Below are positions 31,215-42,859 of a stretch of 64,000 nt of DNA, one piece after another. The notes under the pieces were generated by a model. It had not been told where the DNA came from. It saw only the letters and a program-made list of their open reading frames with translations, and ran no database searches. How positions within the stretch are numbered: the first letter of the stretch is position 1; every line of letters starts with the position of its first letter. The stretch spans positions 5,024,001 through 5,088,000 of the forward strand of contig CBDCJO010000002.1 in the NCBI GenBank assembly GCA_965217865.1, in the 5' to 3' direction. The stretch is from Candidatus Latescibacterota bacterium (GTDB lineage: Bacteria; Latescibacterota; UBA2968; SICM01). Made by a program: the position numbers and the translations under genes.

Positions 31215-31260
31215 TTTGGGGTCTCGAATATAAAGGATGAAGAAGCCTTCAGGCTGTTTC

Positions 31261-32349
31261 TTAAATGGACGTTTTCAATTTATCTTCCCTACGGTAGCGC
31301 TCGAGGGCGAGTTGAATCAGTCTGTCGATCAATTCAGTGTATGATATTCCGCTCGCCTTCAATAATCTCGGATACATGCTGATCTTGGTAAACCCTGGAA
31401 TGGTGTTGAGTTCGCTCACGAGGACCTCGCTGTCCCCCTTCAGGAAAAAGTCCACTCGCGCCATCCCTTCGCAACAGAGGGTTTTGAAGGTTTTGAGGGC
31501 CAAACGCTGAACTTCTTCAACAGTTTCCTTTGGGAGCCTGGCGGGGATTTCCGGAACGGCCCCGTTTTCGTCGAGATACTTTGCTTCGTAGGAATAATAA
31601 TCGTGACGGGGGATGACTTCACCTGGGATGGATGCGATGGGCTGGTCGTTCCCCAGTACCGAGCATTCGATTTCCCGGCCATCGATATTTTCCTCTACCA
31701 GAATTTTGTCGTCGTATTGAAAGGCGCTTTTTACGGCGGCGTCGAAATCCGCTCTGTCCAAGGCCTTGGTGACTCCGACGGATGAGCCCATGTTGGCGGG
31801 TTTGACAAACATGGGCACCCCCAATTGTTCCTTTGTTATTTCGAAGTCGATTTCATCGTGCCGGTTGAAGGACCGGAATTTTGGCGTAGGGATGCCTGCT
31901 TCTCTGAAAAGGCGCTTCATGACATCTTTGTCCATCCCCGCCGCCGAACCCAGAACACCCGGGCCGACAAAGGGGACGTTCGCAAGTTTCAGCAAACCCT
32001 GTACGGTACCGTCCTCTCCAAAAGGGCCGTGAAGTACCGGGAAGACCACGTCGACGGGTCCCAACGGGCCTTTTTGGCCTGAAATACCGACAAGCTTCTC
32101 ATCGGGATTTCCAGGAACCAGCGCAACGTTCTGGGCCGAAGGGTTTAGCCGGATCAGGCTGGGATCGTCAGAGTTCAAAAGGAACTCCGGCGAATCGTTC
32201 AAAGACCACCCGCCGCTTTTGTCGATGCCGATCAGGACGACCTCATATTTTTCCCTATCGATCGCTTCCACGATATTTTTCGCCGACTGAAGGGAGACTT
32301 CGTGTTCGGCTGATTTCCCCCCGAAGAGGATCCCGACCCGGATCTTCAT
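31261..32349 (-). CDS. ddl: D-alanine--D-alanine ligase
   Basis: FGGKSAEHEVSLQSA, LHGPFGEDG, KPANMGSSVG, YSYEAKY, ELNTIPGFT.ISMYP. Confidence 0.96.
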   Translation of the reverse strand: MKIRVGILFGGKSAEHEVSLQSAKNIVEAIDREKYEVVLIGIDKSGGWSLNDSPEFLLNSDDPSLIRLNPSAQNVALVPGNPDEKLVGISGQKGPLGPVDVVFPVLHGPFGEDGTVQGLLKLANVPFVGPGVLGSAAGMDKDVMKRLFREAGIPTPKFRSFNRHDEIDFEITKEQLGVPMFVKPANMGSSVGVTKALDRADFDAAVKSAFQYDDKILVEENIDGREIECSVLGNDQPIASIPGEVIPRHDYYSYEAKYLDENGAVPEIPARLPKETVEEVQRLALKTFKTLCCEGMARVDFFLKGDSEVLVSELNTIPGFTKISMYPRLLKASGISYTELIDRLIQLALERYRREDKLKTSI

Positions 32350-32541
32350 AACCGCATTTTCCTCTGTTGCAACTTCATTCCCATACGAATGAACCGATCG
32401 AGAAAATCGAAAGTAATAATCGAAAGTGTTAGGATGTTCAAATCAATAAATTTGGTTCCAGATCAATAAAGTTGATGCATCCCACGATCAATAGAAACCG
32501 TTAAAAGCCCAGCGGTATTGTGAGTGAATGGATTGTGTCCG

Positions 32542-33372
32542 TCAAGGCAGTTCCCCGAACAGGTAGGCCACCAACGTGTCTTGCTCCCGATAGTCCGGTA
32601 CGATTATGTCTGCGCCCGCATCGATCAAACGTTTCCGTTTCCACGCGTCGATTCCTTCCCGATTCACTTCATCCGAGGCTACCCCCACGGCGATGCCTCC
32701 GGCCTCTTTGGCATCGTGAATCTCCACGTAGCCGTCGCCGAACACCACGAGTCCACTGCCGCTCATATTGTGCTTACGCAGGATTTTCTCGATGAGCATT
32801 TTTTTTGAGAATTTTTCAAAATCGTCCTGAGCGCCGTAGATGCCCCCGTCGAAGATATTCGATACCCCGAGAGCATCCACCTCATGCCTCACGTAAGCTT
32901 CGTCCGTTCCGCTGGCAAGGTAGAGGCTAACGCCTTTTCCCCTGAGATTTTCGAGAAACTCGAAGACACCGGGAACCACGAAATGAGAAGGTGGGATGGA
33001 TCCATCCTTTAAGGCGGAAAGGCGTCCCGAGATGTGAGACAACAGCCGATCGTGGTAAATTTGTTTATAGGCGAGCGGTTCGAGGGGCGTCCCGCCGCGC
33101 TTTTTCACCTCCTCGACGAGGCGTATCATCTGATAGATCGTCTGCTGGCCGGTTAACAGGTCGACATAATCTGTGACCGCCGAAGTCAACTCCGACTCCG
33201 TCTCCCCAGTCTGAAGTGAAGACAGGATCTCCACCATCATAGGGGTCATGACTTTCTGCCAGCCTTCTCGGAGGAGGGAGATGGTTCCGTCGAAGTCAAA
33301 CAGGGCATGCCCGCGAACCGGAAGATCGCGGACGATCTCAATCTGGGTGTCGGCGAGTGATCGGGTTGTCAT
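32542..33372 (-). CDS. HAD family hydrolase
   Basis: FDFDGTISLLREGW, LASGTD, FGDGYVEI. Confidence 0.85.
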   Translation of the reverse strand: MTTRSLADTQIEIVRDLPVRGHALFDFDGTISLLREGWQKVMTPMMVEILSSLQTGETESELTSAVTDYVDLLTGQQTIYQMIRLVEEVKKRGGTPLEPLAYKQIYHDRLLSHISGRLSALKDGSIPPSHFVVPGVFEFLENLRGKGVSLYLASGTDEAYVRHEVDALGVSNIFDGGIYGAQDDFEKFSKKMLIEKILRKHNMSGSGLVVFGDGYVEIHDAKEAGGIAVGVASDEVNREGIDAWKRKRLIDAGADIIVPDYREQDTLVAYLFGELP

Positions 33373-34449
33373 CGGCTTTCTTCTTCTTCAATCGGGCCGA
33401 TGTCGATCATGCGGGGGCCTGAAGCGATGTAGTCTTCGGTCTTGAACACGTCCATGTTACGGAGACGCTTTGTGACCGCTGCGATGCGTTTGACCTGGCT
33501 TTCGATCTGACGGAGACGCTTTGCCGTCTTTTCGTCGACCTGACTGTTGGCCAAGCGAAGGAGCTGGGCATTCGCAAGGATGCTGGTAAGGGGGTTGTTG
33601 ATTTCGTGGTTGACGGTTATCACGAGTTCTCGGACGGCCTCGAGTTTCTCAGCTCGTATCTGTGTCGCTCGAAGATTCTCTTCCAGGCGGGTCCGATCGG
33701 TGACATCTTCTGAGACTTGGATTGCCCCGATGATCTCTCCCTTCTGTCCCTTCAGGGGGGTGATCTCGACGGAAAGTATGAGTTCTCCCTCGCCGGAGTC
33801 GTATACCTGGCGGGGATTTTCGTAAGACTCACCCCTCGTCAGAACCATTTGTTTGATTTCCTCCCATGTCTCCCCTGAGGGACTCGGCATCAAATCGGAG
33901 ATAGGAGTCCCGACGGCTTCGACGATGCTCACCCAGATGCCGAGGCGGCGGAGAAACTCCTCCTGTTTTAGGTTCCAGGATGTGATCTGCATCTCCCGAC
34001 CCATCACGACAACGCCGATCTGGATGTTGTCGAGGATGTCCTCCAGATATCGGGGCGTTTTGGAGGGTCTCTTCGATCCGAAACTGCTGGGTCACATCGT
34101 GGAAGATGAGCGTGAACACGGGTGGATCGGATTTTTCGAGGAGGGTAGCCGTTACGTCGTAAAAATGGCCGGATCGCTCCCACTTGAAATTCCCCTCATC
34201 ATCGAATGTTCGGAGACGGGGCGCTGTGGCCTCCCATTGTTCACGAAGCCCCCTATCTGATGATATGGTCCCGGCAAGTTCCGATAGGGCTTTCGAAATC
34301 CGGTCAGGCCGGGCGCGCAATCCGAAAATGGAAAACCCCTTTCTGCTGCATGAGAGGGGTTTCATATCTAGGTCGACTGTAAGGACCGCACCGGGAAAAT
34401 TCAACTGAATGGGGGGAAGCTCTTTCGATGGGAAGGAGGATCTTGGCAT
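33369..34449 (-). pseudogene. PAS-PAS-HisKA protein without an HATPase domain, split by a frameshift
   Basis: First PAS ends FHDVTQQ...ETLQNA. The frame shifts at GGGG 34052-34055 into RYLEDILDNIQIGVVV (second PAS)...EDVTDR, then the H-box VNHEINNPLT. No N/G1/F/G2 boxes. Confidence 0.75.
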
Positions 34450-34457
34450 CGAGGGAT

Positions 34458-35286
34458 TTATATCCTGATGATATCGGACAACTGATCGTTCATCGCATTC
34501 ATGATCTCCTGGATGTCTTCGACAGATAACTGAAGAAGATTGAGGGCTTCAGACGAGACCACCGGCACTTTCCTGTCGCCTCCGAACCCAAATCCCTCGG
34601 CGCGGACCAGGATATCGGCCAGATGTACTACCGCGGTCCGATCTGCATTTGTCCGAACGGGGTGGAATTCGTGATGATGAGAAATCGGCTCCCGGATCGG
34701 GGACGGAAGTTGCCATTTTTGCAGCAACCATCCACCGATGTTGGCGTGTGTGACGCCCATCACCTTCTCTTCAGCTTCGTAAAAAAGCATGTCGTCGTCC
34801 TTGACCAGTTTGGTGACCGCATCAATTTCCTCCGTGAGGTTCTCCTGCATGACGACCTTACCGAGGTCGTGCAGGAGGCCCGACACGCTGACTTCCTCCG
34901 GTTCCGGCATGTCCAGGTGTTTGGAGATAATTCCGCAGGTACGGGCGCATGCCAGAGAGTGCTCCCAGAGACCGACCATCGATTGCGACATCATGTCAAG
35001 CACGGAAGTGGTCAGAACCAGGGTCTTGACCACGTTGAATCCCAACAGGACCATCGCGTGCGGGATGGTCCTGTTGGGTTGGGAAAAACCGTAAAAGCCC
35101 GAGTTAACAAGCTTAAGGACTTTGGCGGAAAGGACCTGGTCTTTTGCGATCTCCTTTCCCACATCCGAGGCGGTGACATTCGGCGTTTCGAGCATGTGAG
35201 TGATGTGGGTGATGATACCGGGAAGCGTGGGGAGGGAAGTGATTTTCTCCACGACGCACGACGCGACGAAGATTTTTGCCTTCCAT
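34458..35286 (-). CDS. HDOD domain protein with its 5' end disrupted by a 7-bp duplication
   Basis: LPTLP, DQVLSAKVLKLVNSGFYG, LWEHS, GLLHDLGK, THANIG.WL..KWQLP. The original ATG at 35286 is out of frame; an internal GTG at 35252 remains. Confidence 0.85.
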
Positions 35287-35595
35287 CACTCGACCGCCTT
35301 CTCCCGTGCCAGGATATGATCTCGTGCAAACGACTTGATGCTCATCATTACAGGGTTTTTCTCCAAACCCGCAAACCGAATTTCGAGATCAGCCAGGAAT
35401 TCTTCGGTGGTCTTTGGGGGCGGGGCGGAAGGGTCGTGGCCTTCGATGGTGACTTCGTCGATGCCTCGGCGCCTCAGGCTGTCAACAGTGAAAATCGTCA
35501 ACCGGCCCCCTTTGGGCAAGATGACCATCCCCTTTTCGTTGGTGACCGGTTTGGCGAGTTGATCGCCCGAACGGACCTTATCGATGGATACAGTA
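35286..35595 (-). CDS. Small hypothetical protein resembling the N-terminal module of HD-GYP/DUF3391-type proteins; no clear start codon
   Basis: TVSIDKVRSGDQLAKPVTNEKG.VIL..G..LT...V..L.RRGI.EV.IEG; stop overlaps the HDOD ATG (TGATG). Confidence 0.6.
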
Positions 35596-36312
35596 TATCC
35601 CGAGCTCGGATCTTTTCCAGTAGCCCGAAAACTTACTCGTGAACCATTCCTGTGAGGACCGGATAAGGGCATTGAAACCGCCCCACGTCCATTGTACAAT
35701 TCGGTCCCTGCCGGTCAAATCCCTGAAGAACCATCCTCGGTCCACGGTAAGAGGCAAGGCGCGGCTGAGTTCAATCATGGCCCTGTCGTAGACCCCCCGT
35801 ATCATCAGATCGGCGTGGCGGGTGATTTGCTCGGGGTTGAGGACCCTGGATTTCGTGCAAATGGTTGTGGATTCGATCGCCAGAAAACCGTTGATCCATT
35901 TCACCGGGATTAAATCCTTATTCCGGTGGGCGGTTTTGAGGAGGTGTTCCTGTCTGAGGACACCGTAGGTCCGGCACGTGAGGGGACGTACGGGATGGAT
36001 GGCGCATTGTCCCGAATCTGTGAGAAAAGGGCATCTTGCCGGTCTCTCCTCGATCACGCCAAATACTCGATCTCGCTCCTCAGGCGGGAAGACCGCCTCT
36101 ACGTACTCAACGATATTGAGGTATTCGACGGCATAGAGGGGATACATCGTAGCGAAATCGGACCGCATCTCTTCGGGGGTCAACTCACAGCATTGGCCGG
36201 GACGGTCACATTCGCAAGAGGTGTTTGGAATCCCACTGTATATCTGGTTGAGCGTCGTCCTGAAATCTTCACCTTGGCGATGATTTTTTAAGTTAAGCAC
36301 GTTGTCGATCAT
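35578..36312 (-). CDS. YkgJ family cysteine-cluster (Zn/Fe-S) protein
   Basis: CECDRPGQCC, CPFL...G.CAIHPVRPLTCRTYG. Confidence 0.8.
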   Translation of the reverse strand: MIDNVLNLKNHRQGEDFRTTLNQIYSGIPNTSCECDRPGQCCELTPEEMRSDFATMYPLYAVEYLNIVEYVEAVFPPEERDRVFGVIEERPARCPFLTDSGQCAIHPVRPLTCRTYGVLRQEHLLKTAHRNKDLIPVKWINGFLAIESTTICTKSRVLNPEQITRHADLMIRGVYDRAMIELSRALPLTVDRGWFFRDLTGRDRIVQWTWGGFNALIRSSQEWFTSKFSGYWKRSELGIYCIHR

Positions 36313-36354
36313 TGTCAACTCATTTCAACCGACTTGCATCTAGAGGTGCATGTG

Positions 36355-37650
<1,296 letters not shown>

Positions 37651-37669
37651 TCAAGCGTGTATCTAGGGG

Positions 37670-38401
37670 TCACCCCGCCCTGAACATCTCGATCGCCTCT
37701 TTCAAGTCCACACGACCTTCATAAAGAGCCGTTCCCACGATTGCTCCATCCACTCCGACGTGTTCGAGGGTTGCTATTTCCTTAAGGTCGTCGATGGAGG
37801 AGATGCCTCCGGAGGCGATCACCTTTAATCCGGTGGCGATCGCGAGTTTTCCAGTGGCCTCCACGTTCGGCCCGGATAGCGTTCCGTCTGTAGAGATATC
37901 CGTGTAGATCACTCTCTCGATCCCAACGGCTTTCATATCCATGGCAAGGTTCACGGCACTCATTCTTGAGATTTCCACCCAACCCTCGACAGCGACGTGT
38001 CCGTCTTTCGCATCGACGCCGGCCAGGATCCGGTCGGGGCCGAATTCTTCGACCGCCGAGCGAACCGTATCGGGGTTTTGCACGGCCAGGGTGCCCAGGA
38101 TGACGCGATCAAGCCCCATTTCCAGCAGGTCGGAAATCGTCTTAAGGGATCGAACACCCCCGCCGAATTCGACGGGGATAGCGATGTTTCCCAAGATTTT
38201 TTTGACAACCGCTAGATTTTGAGATTGTCCCTCGAATGCCCCGTCCAGGTCCACCAGGTGAAGATAACTCGCTCCAAGTTCCTCCCATTGCCTGGCCACC
38301 GCAGATGGATTGTCGGAGTAGACGGTTTCATCCTCTTTTCGTCCTTGGCGCAACTGGACGCATCGCCCCTGTTTCAGATCCATGGCCGGGATGATGATCA
38401 T
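37670..38401 (-). CDS. hisA: ProFAR isomerase
   Basis: IIPAMDL..G.CV.L.QG, LHLVDLDGA, GGGVRS, YTDISTDGTLSGPN, IASGG. Confidence 0.95.
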   Translation of the reverse strand: MIIIPAMDLKQGRCVQLRQGRKEDETVYSDNPSAVARQWEELGASYLHLVDLDGAFEGQSQNLAVVKKILGNIAIPVEFGGGVRSLKTISDLLEMGLDRVILGTLAVQNPDTVRSAVEEFGPDRILAGVDAKDGHVAVEGWVEISRMSAVNLAMDMKAVGIERVIYTDISTDGTLSGPNVEATGKLAIATGLKVIASGGISSIDDLKEIATLEHVGVDGAIVGTALYEGRVDLKEAIEMFRAG

Positions 38402-38506
38402 CGAGGGCCGGAACGGAAGATGTGAGGTGGAAGAAGAGAGGTAAACACACCGAGCCGAAATAAAATCGCGCTTCGGAGGTCCGATTGGGCCTGTCCCGGT
38501 ACCGCG

Positions 38507-39109
38507 TTAAACCAACTCGGCGAAATTTTTCAGGATTCGCAATCCGATGTCCTGGCTCTTCTCCGGATGGAACTGGATTCCGAAGAGGCGGTTCCGGCCA
38601 ACTGTCGAGGCATATTCGATACCGTAATCGGTCATAGTCACGGTATCCTCGGGTTCCTCTGGATCTACAAAGTAGGAGTGGACAAAGTAGAAGAAGGCCG
38701 CGTCGGGGACACCTTCCAGGATCGGGACGGACTTCCGGATATGGACCTGATTCCAACCGATGTGCGGAACCCGCAGAGACGAGGGAAACCGACGGACCCG
38801 GCCGGGGAAGAGATCAAGGCCTTCGTGGGAGCCGTGTTCCTCACTCCGGGTGAAGAGAAGTTGTTGGCCCAGACAGATCCCAAGGAGGGGAACCTTTCGG
38901 TCCACCGCTGCAAGGATGGGATCGATCAAACCGGCCTTTCTCAGGTTGGACATGGCCTCACCAAAGGCCCCGACACCGGGCAGGACGAGTTTCCCCGCTT
39001 TTTCCAAATCCTCCGCGCGACTGGTGATGAAGGCGGGATTTCCTCCGTGCTCGAAGGCCTTCTGGACGCTGCGGAGGTTTCCCATCCCGTAATCGATGAT
39101 CGCGATCAT
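38507..39109 (-). CDS. hisH: Imidazole glycerol phosphate synthase glutaminase subunit
   Basis: IDYGMGNL.SV, LPGVGAF, GICLGQQ, PHIGWN, YFVHSY, QFHPEKS. Confidence 0.96.
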   Translation of the reverse strand: MIAIIDYGMGNLRSVQKAFEHGGNPAFITSRAEDLEKAGKLVLPGVGAFGEAMSNLRKAGLIDPILAAVDRKVPLLGICLGQQLLFTRSEEHGSHEGLDLFPGRVRRFPSSLRVPHIGWNQVHIRKSVPILEGVPDAAFFYFVHSYFVDPEEPEDTVTMTDYGIEYASTVGRNRLFGIQFHPEKSQDIGLRILKNFAELV

Positions 39110-39130
39110 GTGCTTGGCAGCACTCCCTCT

Positions 39131-39958
39131 CTAAGTCGAATTTGTGGGTTTTCCAAGTTCGATAGAACGACGGGTCGCGGCCTCCACCGCGGACATCAAT
39201 GCATCTCGAAAACCTCTTTTTTCGAGAGCCTGGAGGCCTGCGATTGTCGTTCCGCCAGGGGAGGTCACACTATCCTTCAATATGGCAGGGTGATCTCCGC
39301 TTTCGGCAACCATCCGGGCGGCCCCTAAGACGGTATGTGTGGCCAACTGAAGGGCAACCGATTTTGGGAGCCCCATGTTGACCCCGCCGTCGGCAAGGGC
39401 GTCGATAAGGAGATAGATGTAGGCCGGACCGCTTCCGGAGAGACCAGTCACGGCATCCATGTGCTTTTCCTCGACCCGGACGGTAGGCCCGGCCGAACCT
39501 ATGATTTTGCTCGCAGTCTCGACGTGTTCAGATGTGGCGTGGCGCCCGGGGCATATCGCAGAAATCGATGCTCGAATCTTCGCCAGGATATTGGGCATCA
39601 CGCGGACAACGGGGTTTGAGGATCCCAGCCCCGATTCGATCCTCTGCGTGGAAACCCCTGCCATAATGGAGATGATGAGACAATCGCTATTCAACCCCGG
39701 TGAGATTTCCCCCAGAATTATGGATGCTTCCTGAGGTTTGATACACAGTATGACGACTTCCCTTCCATCCGCTGCGGACCGATTATCCTGGACCGTCGAT
39801 ACCCCCCATTTTTCGGCCGCCGCCGTCAAGGCAGCCGGGTCGGAATCCGAGACAAAGATATTTGAAGAGGGAATGAGACCGGATTGGACAATGCTGCCGA
39901 TCATTGCCCGGCCCATGTTTCCGGCGCCGATCACGGCTATGCTTGTGTCTTGAATCAT
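39131..39958 (-). CDS. proC: Pyrroline-5-carboxylate reductase
   Basis: IGAGNMG, VRVMPN, TGLSGSGPAY, VTSPGGTT. Confidence 0.95.
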   Translation of the reverse strand: MIQDTSIAVIGAGNMGRAMIGSIVQSGLIPSSNIFVSDSDPAALTAAAEKWGVSTVQDNRSAADGREVVILCIKPQEASIILGEISPGLNSDCLIISIMAGVSTQRIESGLGSSNPVVRVMPNILAKIRASISAICPGRHATSEHVETASKIIGSAGPTVRVEEKHMDAVTGLSGSGPAYIYLLIDALADGGVNMGLPKSVALQLATHTVLGAARMVAESGDHPAILKDSVTSPGGTTIAGLQALEKRGFRDALMSAVEAATRRSIELGKPTNST

Positions 39959-40035
39959 GGCTTTCCTTGGGTCACACCACGGGTTAGAAAAAAGACGATC
40001 AGGTTTAAATCGACTATTCCAGAGGGGGACTTTGA

Positions 40036-40064
40036 AATATATCCAACCGATGGTCCAATGTCAA
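40036..40064 (-). promoter_or_regulatory. sigma70-type promoter of proC-hisH-hisA-eno
   Basis: TTGACA-N17-TATATT. Confidence 0.65.
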
Positions 40065-40067
40065 AAG

Positions 40068-40100
40068 AAAAAAGCGGAAGGTTCAGGAAACCTCCCGCTT
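40068..40100 (-). terminator. Intrinsic terminator after ilvE
   Basis: AAGCGGGAGGTT-loop-AACCTTCCGCTT followed by a T-run on the minus strand. Confidence 0.75.
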
Positions 40101-40123
40101 AAAAGGGTGGAAAAATCTGGGTT

Positions 40124-41053
40124 TCAGACCGGGGTCAGCCATCCGTAGCGGTCTTCAACCTCCCCCGACAGGATGGCGAAGAAGCCGTCCTGGACTTTCT
40201 TGGTGATTTCTCCCCGGACACCGTTTCCGACCGGGATATTATCGATCGTGCTTATCGGCGTAATCTCAGCGGCGCTCCCCGTAAAGAAGACTTCATCGGC
40301 GATATAGAGGGACTCCCTGGGGATCGACCGCTGTTCCACTCGAAACCCAAGGTCGCGAGCTATCGTGATGGCCGAGTGCCGGGTGATGCCCGGGAGTATG
40401 GAGTGTCCTGTGGAAGGCGTGTATATCGCGCCGTTCTTGATGATAAAGATGTTCTCTCCACTCCCCTCGCTCACATATCCCTGCGTATCCAGGGCGATGG
40501 CCTCGCTGTAACCACCGGCGAGAGCCTCCATCTTGATGAGCTGGGCGTTCATATAATTGCCTCCGGCTTTTGCCAGAGAGGGGAGGGTATTGGGGGCCAT
40601 CCGGTTCCAGGAGGAGGTGCAGACAGATACCCCTTTCTCAAGGGCTTCGGCTCCCAGATATTGGCCCCACTCCCACACCGCGATCACCACCTCGACCGGG
40701 CATTCGGCAGGATTCACGCTTAACTTTCCATACCCACCATATCCCCTGAAGACGATCGGCCGGACATAACAACCCCGAAGCCCGTTCACGCGGATGGTTT
40801 CGAGAATCGCGGAGGTTATGTCATCGGACGAATACGGAATCGGCATCCGATAGATTTTTGCAGAGTCGAACAAGCGACTGACGTGTTCCTTGAGGCGGAA
40901 GCATGCCGGGCCTATCTTTGTGTCGTAACAACGCATTCCTTCAAATACGCTTGAGCCGTAGTGGATGACGTGCGAGAGGACGTGGATTTTGGCATCGTCC
41001 CAACTGGAGAATTGGCCGTTGAACCAGATCTTGTGCTCTTTTGTTGATTCCAT
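40124..41053 (-). CDS. ilvE: Branched-chain amino acid aminotransferase
   Basis: [48 protein letters not shown]. Confidence 0.95.
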   Translation of the reverse strand: MESTKEHKIWFNGQFSSWDDAKIHVLSHVIHYGSSVFEGMRCYDTKIGPACFRLKEHVSRLFDSAKIYRMPIPYSSDDITSAILETIRVNGLRGCYVRPIVFRGYGGYGKLSVNPAECPVEVVIAVWEWGQYLGAEALEKGVSVCTSSWNRMAPNTLPSLAKAGGNYMNAQLIKMEALAGGYSEAIALDTQGYVSEGSGENIFIIKNGAIYTPSTGHSILPGITRHSAITIARDLGFRVEQRSIPRESLYIADEVFFTGSAAEITPISTIDNIPVGNGVRGEITKKVQDGFFAILSGEVEDRYGWLTPV

Positions 41054-41093
41054 AATTCAGGCTCCTGTGATCGTTTTGATGTCCATAAACTTT

Positions 41094-42818
41094 CTACCGG
41101 AGGTCTTTCACCCTGAGCTGGATGGTTTTTTTACCTTTCCATTCGTTTTCATCTATGACGTAAGCGATATCGAGATTGGGTTCTCCGGGGTTGAGACGAT
41201 AGAGGAGATGGCCCATACCAAACCCGATACAGTCGAGAATTTTATTTTCCTGTCGTGCTTTGAAGCGCACGTGATTTTTCCCAACCACAGAAGGAGAACC
41301 GACCACTTCGACTCCGCGGGATGCAAGTGTGGGACGCAAGTTCAGAGGTCCGAATGGCGCGAAATCCTTCAAGGTGTTTACCAGCCGCTCATCGATCTGA
41401 CCGAGGGTCAATTCTTCGTCGATGACAATTTTGGGGGTCAGGTCATCAGGTGAGAGGGTATCGATAGCCACGTGTTTAAAGGCTTCCCTGAAACCGTCCA
41501 GCCTTTCTCGTTCAATCGTCAAACCCGCAGCATACTTATGTCCTCCGAAGGCAAAGAGATGGTCCTGACATTTCACGAGTGTTCCGAATAGATCGAAGCC
41601 GGGGATACTCCTCGCGGACCCCTTTCCCTTGGTGCCATCCATGGCGATCAGGATCGTAGGGAGGTAGACCATTTCGGCGATACGTGAAGCGACGATTCCG
41701 ATAACCCCCGGGTGCCATGTATCGGAGGCCAGGACGATCGCGTGATCCTTTTCGAGGTCTACCTCGTCATCGATCATATCGAGGGCCTCGGACAAGGTTC
41801 GGTCGTCTGTTTCTCTTCGAAGTTGGTTCTGGGTTTCGAGACGATGGGCAGCTTGAACGGCAATTTCAGGGTCATCCGTCGTGAGCATTTGAACCGCGTC
41901 GACCGCATTTCCCATTCGCCCGACCGCATTGATTCGTGGCGCCAGCACGAAGACCACCTGGCCTGTGCCGATGGTTTTTCCCTTCAGGCCGACATTTTCG
42001 ATCAGGGCTTTAAGCCCAACGTTACACGTGGTCTGCATACGTTCCAGCCCGTGTTTGACCAGGACGCGGTTTTCACTGATAAGGGGCACGATATCAGCCG
42101 CGCAACCGAGGGCAACCAGATCCAGGTCTTCGTAAAGTTGATTGTGGTCCAGACCCTGTCTTCTGAAGAGGGCATCCGAGAGTTTAAACGCCAGGGCCAC
42201 ACCCGACAGGTCCTTAAAGGGATACTCGCAGTCCTCCCGTTTGGGATCGATCACGGCTACCGCGTTGGGAAGGGATCCGGGCTGATGATGGTCGGTGACA
42301 ATGATATCGATTCCGTTCTGCCGTGCATATTCGATTTCCTGGCAAGCCGTGATACCACAATCGACAGAAATCACAAGCTTGACTTCCCGCCGAAGGGCCT
42401 CGTGGATTCCGACCTGGGAAATACCGTATCCCTCCTTGATGCGATGGGGTATGTAAAAAGAGACCTCCGCATTCAATCCTCTAAGGGCCCTGAGCAGAAC
42501 GGCCGTGCTGGTCACACCGTCCACGTCGTAGTCGCCATAGACCATGATCCGTTCACCCTTTTGGATCGCCTCAAAGATTCGATCCACGGCGGGCTCCATG
42601 TCGGTGAGCAGGAATGGGTCCAGAAGCTGGTCGAGGGAAGGGTTCAAGAAATCTTGTGCGGAGGCGATGTCCGTTATGCCCCTGTTGAGCAGGATTCTGG
42701 CAACGACGGAGGGAATGGATAGGTCCCGTTTCATCTGCCCCAGCAGGTGGGAATTCGTCTTTCCAGACAACACCCACTTGGGCTCAACATTTCGAGAAAG
42801 TATCCTTCTTCCTTCCAC
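41094..42818 (-). CDS. recJ: ssDNA-specific exonuclease
   Basis: YGDYDVDG, EGYG, VDCG, TDHH, APRINAVGR, GVIGIVASR, GGHKYAAG. Confidence 0.96.
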   Translation of the reverse strand: MEGRRILSRNVEPKWVLSGKTNSHLLGQMKRDLSIPSVVARILLNRGITDIASAQDFLNPSLDQLLDPFLLTDMEPAVDRIFEAIQKGERIMVYGDYDVDGVTSTAVLLRALRGLNAEVSFYIPHRIKEGYGISQVGIHEALRREVKLVISVDCGITACQEIEYARQNGIDIIVTDHHQPGSLPNAVAVIDPKREDCEYPFKDLSGVALAFKLSDALFRRQGLDHNQLYEDLDLVALGCAADIVPLISENRVLVKHGLERMQTTCNVGLKALIENVGLKGKTIGTGQVVFVLAPRINAVGRMGNAVDAVQMLTTDDPEIAVQAAHRLETQNQLRRETDDRTLSEALDMIDDEVDLEKDHAIVLASDTWHPGVIGIVASRIAEMVYLPTILIAMDGTKGKGSARSIPGFDLFGTLVKCQDHLFAFGGHKYAAGLTIERERLDGFREAFKHVAIDTLSPDDLTPKIVIDEELTLGQIDERLVNTLKDFAPFGPLNLRPTLASRGVEVVGSPSVVGKNHVRFKARQENKILDCIGFGMGHLLYRLNPGEPNLDIAYVIDENEWKGKKTIQLRVKDLR

Positions 42819-42859
42819 GGAAAGATTCCTCCTATTATTTCTACACGGAATTCGGGTCG

